Origin: Laetmonice hystrix
Taxonomy: Eukaryota
Assembly (NCBI GenBank): GCA_965235115.1
Contig: OZ249446.1
Location: 19,530,001 to 19,594,000, forward strand
Length of the DNA: 64,000 nt
Direction of reading: 5' to 3'
Both the position numbers and the translations under genes were made by a program. The notes under the pieces were generated by a model, which saw only the letters and a program-made list of their open reading frames with translations, searched no databases and was not told where the DNA came from. Position 1 is the first letter of the stretch. The number at the start of each line of letters is the position of its first letter. Shown piece by piece: positions 62,914 through 64,000 of this stretch.

Positions 62914-64000
62914 GAAGGAATCACTGGGTGCTGATCCTTGCCGCCTATTGTTACAGTCGAAACAGTATTACTCGTTTCTAAAACTAAAGACGGCGCCTCA
63001 CTATTGTGCGTGGTTTCTAAAAGCTTCTGTCCTTTTGTATATGATTATTTTAATGAACTCTTTTGCAAAGTTTTTTTAATTGACGTACACGCTTAATTAG
63101 ATACGGGATATACCCAGAGACTAAGCAAAGTAGGATTTCTCCTTCGTTACGTTAATGTACTCTACTCTAACGACGACGACGACGACGACGACTGCTGCTA
63201 CGCTGATTTGTAATGTATATGTAAATGCCAAACTGTATAACTACGGAGAAATCGTATTTGGGACCTGTCAATCGTCCCTACGAAAGACTACTCTGATCGT
63301 TTAACTATAGTGCAGGTCTAGACAAGTGACTCGTGTAGCCTTCCCCCTTCCCCCACTGGTTATATCAAGTTCAGCACTAGAAGACCAGAGGCCCCGTTGA
63401 CATCGTTTATACACCACATAGAGCCATCTGAGAGGAAAGGGTTGCACTTTATACCCTTTTCACACGAGAAGCCACAGTATTTATGTACATGTACATTCTA
63501 GAATTCGCACTATTCAGACTACAGGTCCAATGCGCATTGGAAGCGATTCAGTCAGCATTAGAACCAAATGGTAGAATTCGCATATGAAGTGAATTCTAGA
63601 AAGCGATCCAAGTGTAAATAAACTTGAATCGAATCGAAGCGCATTATGAAGGGGCAACAATTCTAATGTCCGTAGAAAATCTCAAGTTATGCCCCATTCA
63701 CACTGTAAACCAAAGTGAAGCGAAGCAAACCATTGCGAACCGTACTGCAGAATCCACACCATTCAAACTAGCACAGAATGCGTGTCAATGTGCATTCCTC
63801 ACTTCGATTCTGTTCACACTACATACAGCATATAATGCGGTTCTATTTACACTAGAAGCGAAGCGAAGCACACCGCTCACAGTGTTGTAATGTATAGCGC
63901 TAAGTTCAGAACCCCCCCCCCCCCACCTGGAAGGTTGGCTACGGGCCTGTGAAGAATACACGAAATGTTTCTGTTATAAATATTTCCCGGTTCAAGGAGT

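Overview
This is animal (metazoan) genomic DNA, probably from a lophotrochozoan invertebrate. That assignment is inferred from the lectin exon type and the repeat families, and the window is mostly intronic or intergenic. I found no prokaryotic operons, rRNA, intact tRNA genes or CRISPR array. The only host coding segment I can support well is one 285-nt, phase 1-1 exon on the minus strand (4731-5015) encoding an 8-Cys SUEL/rhamnose-binding-lectin-type domain. Its 3' splice site has been tandemly amplified into 23 copies of a 61-bp unit (33 nt of intron end plus 28 nt of exon start). Only 4 of the 23 acceptors can yield the lectin domain, and this is the most unusual feature in the window. The remainder holds six other minisatellite arrays and several transposons. 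These are a 2.4-kb internally deleted CACTA/EnSpm element with an intact terminal exon and polyA signal, a 5'-truncated non-LTR retrotransposon with an uninterrupted RT ORF, four MITEs (Kolobok-like, two PIF/Harbinger-like, one unclassified), SINE relics and decayed LINE fragments. There are also microsatellites and a few candidate regulatory sites. The long ORFs in the supplied track, other than the RT, come from stop-free tandem repeats. I did not identify a novel multi-gene system. Family assignments are from remembered motifs and were not database-checked.
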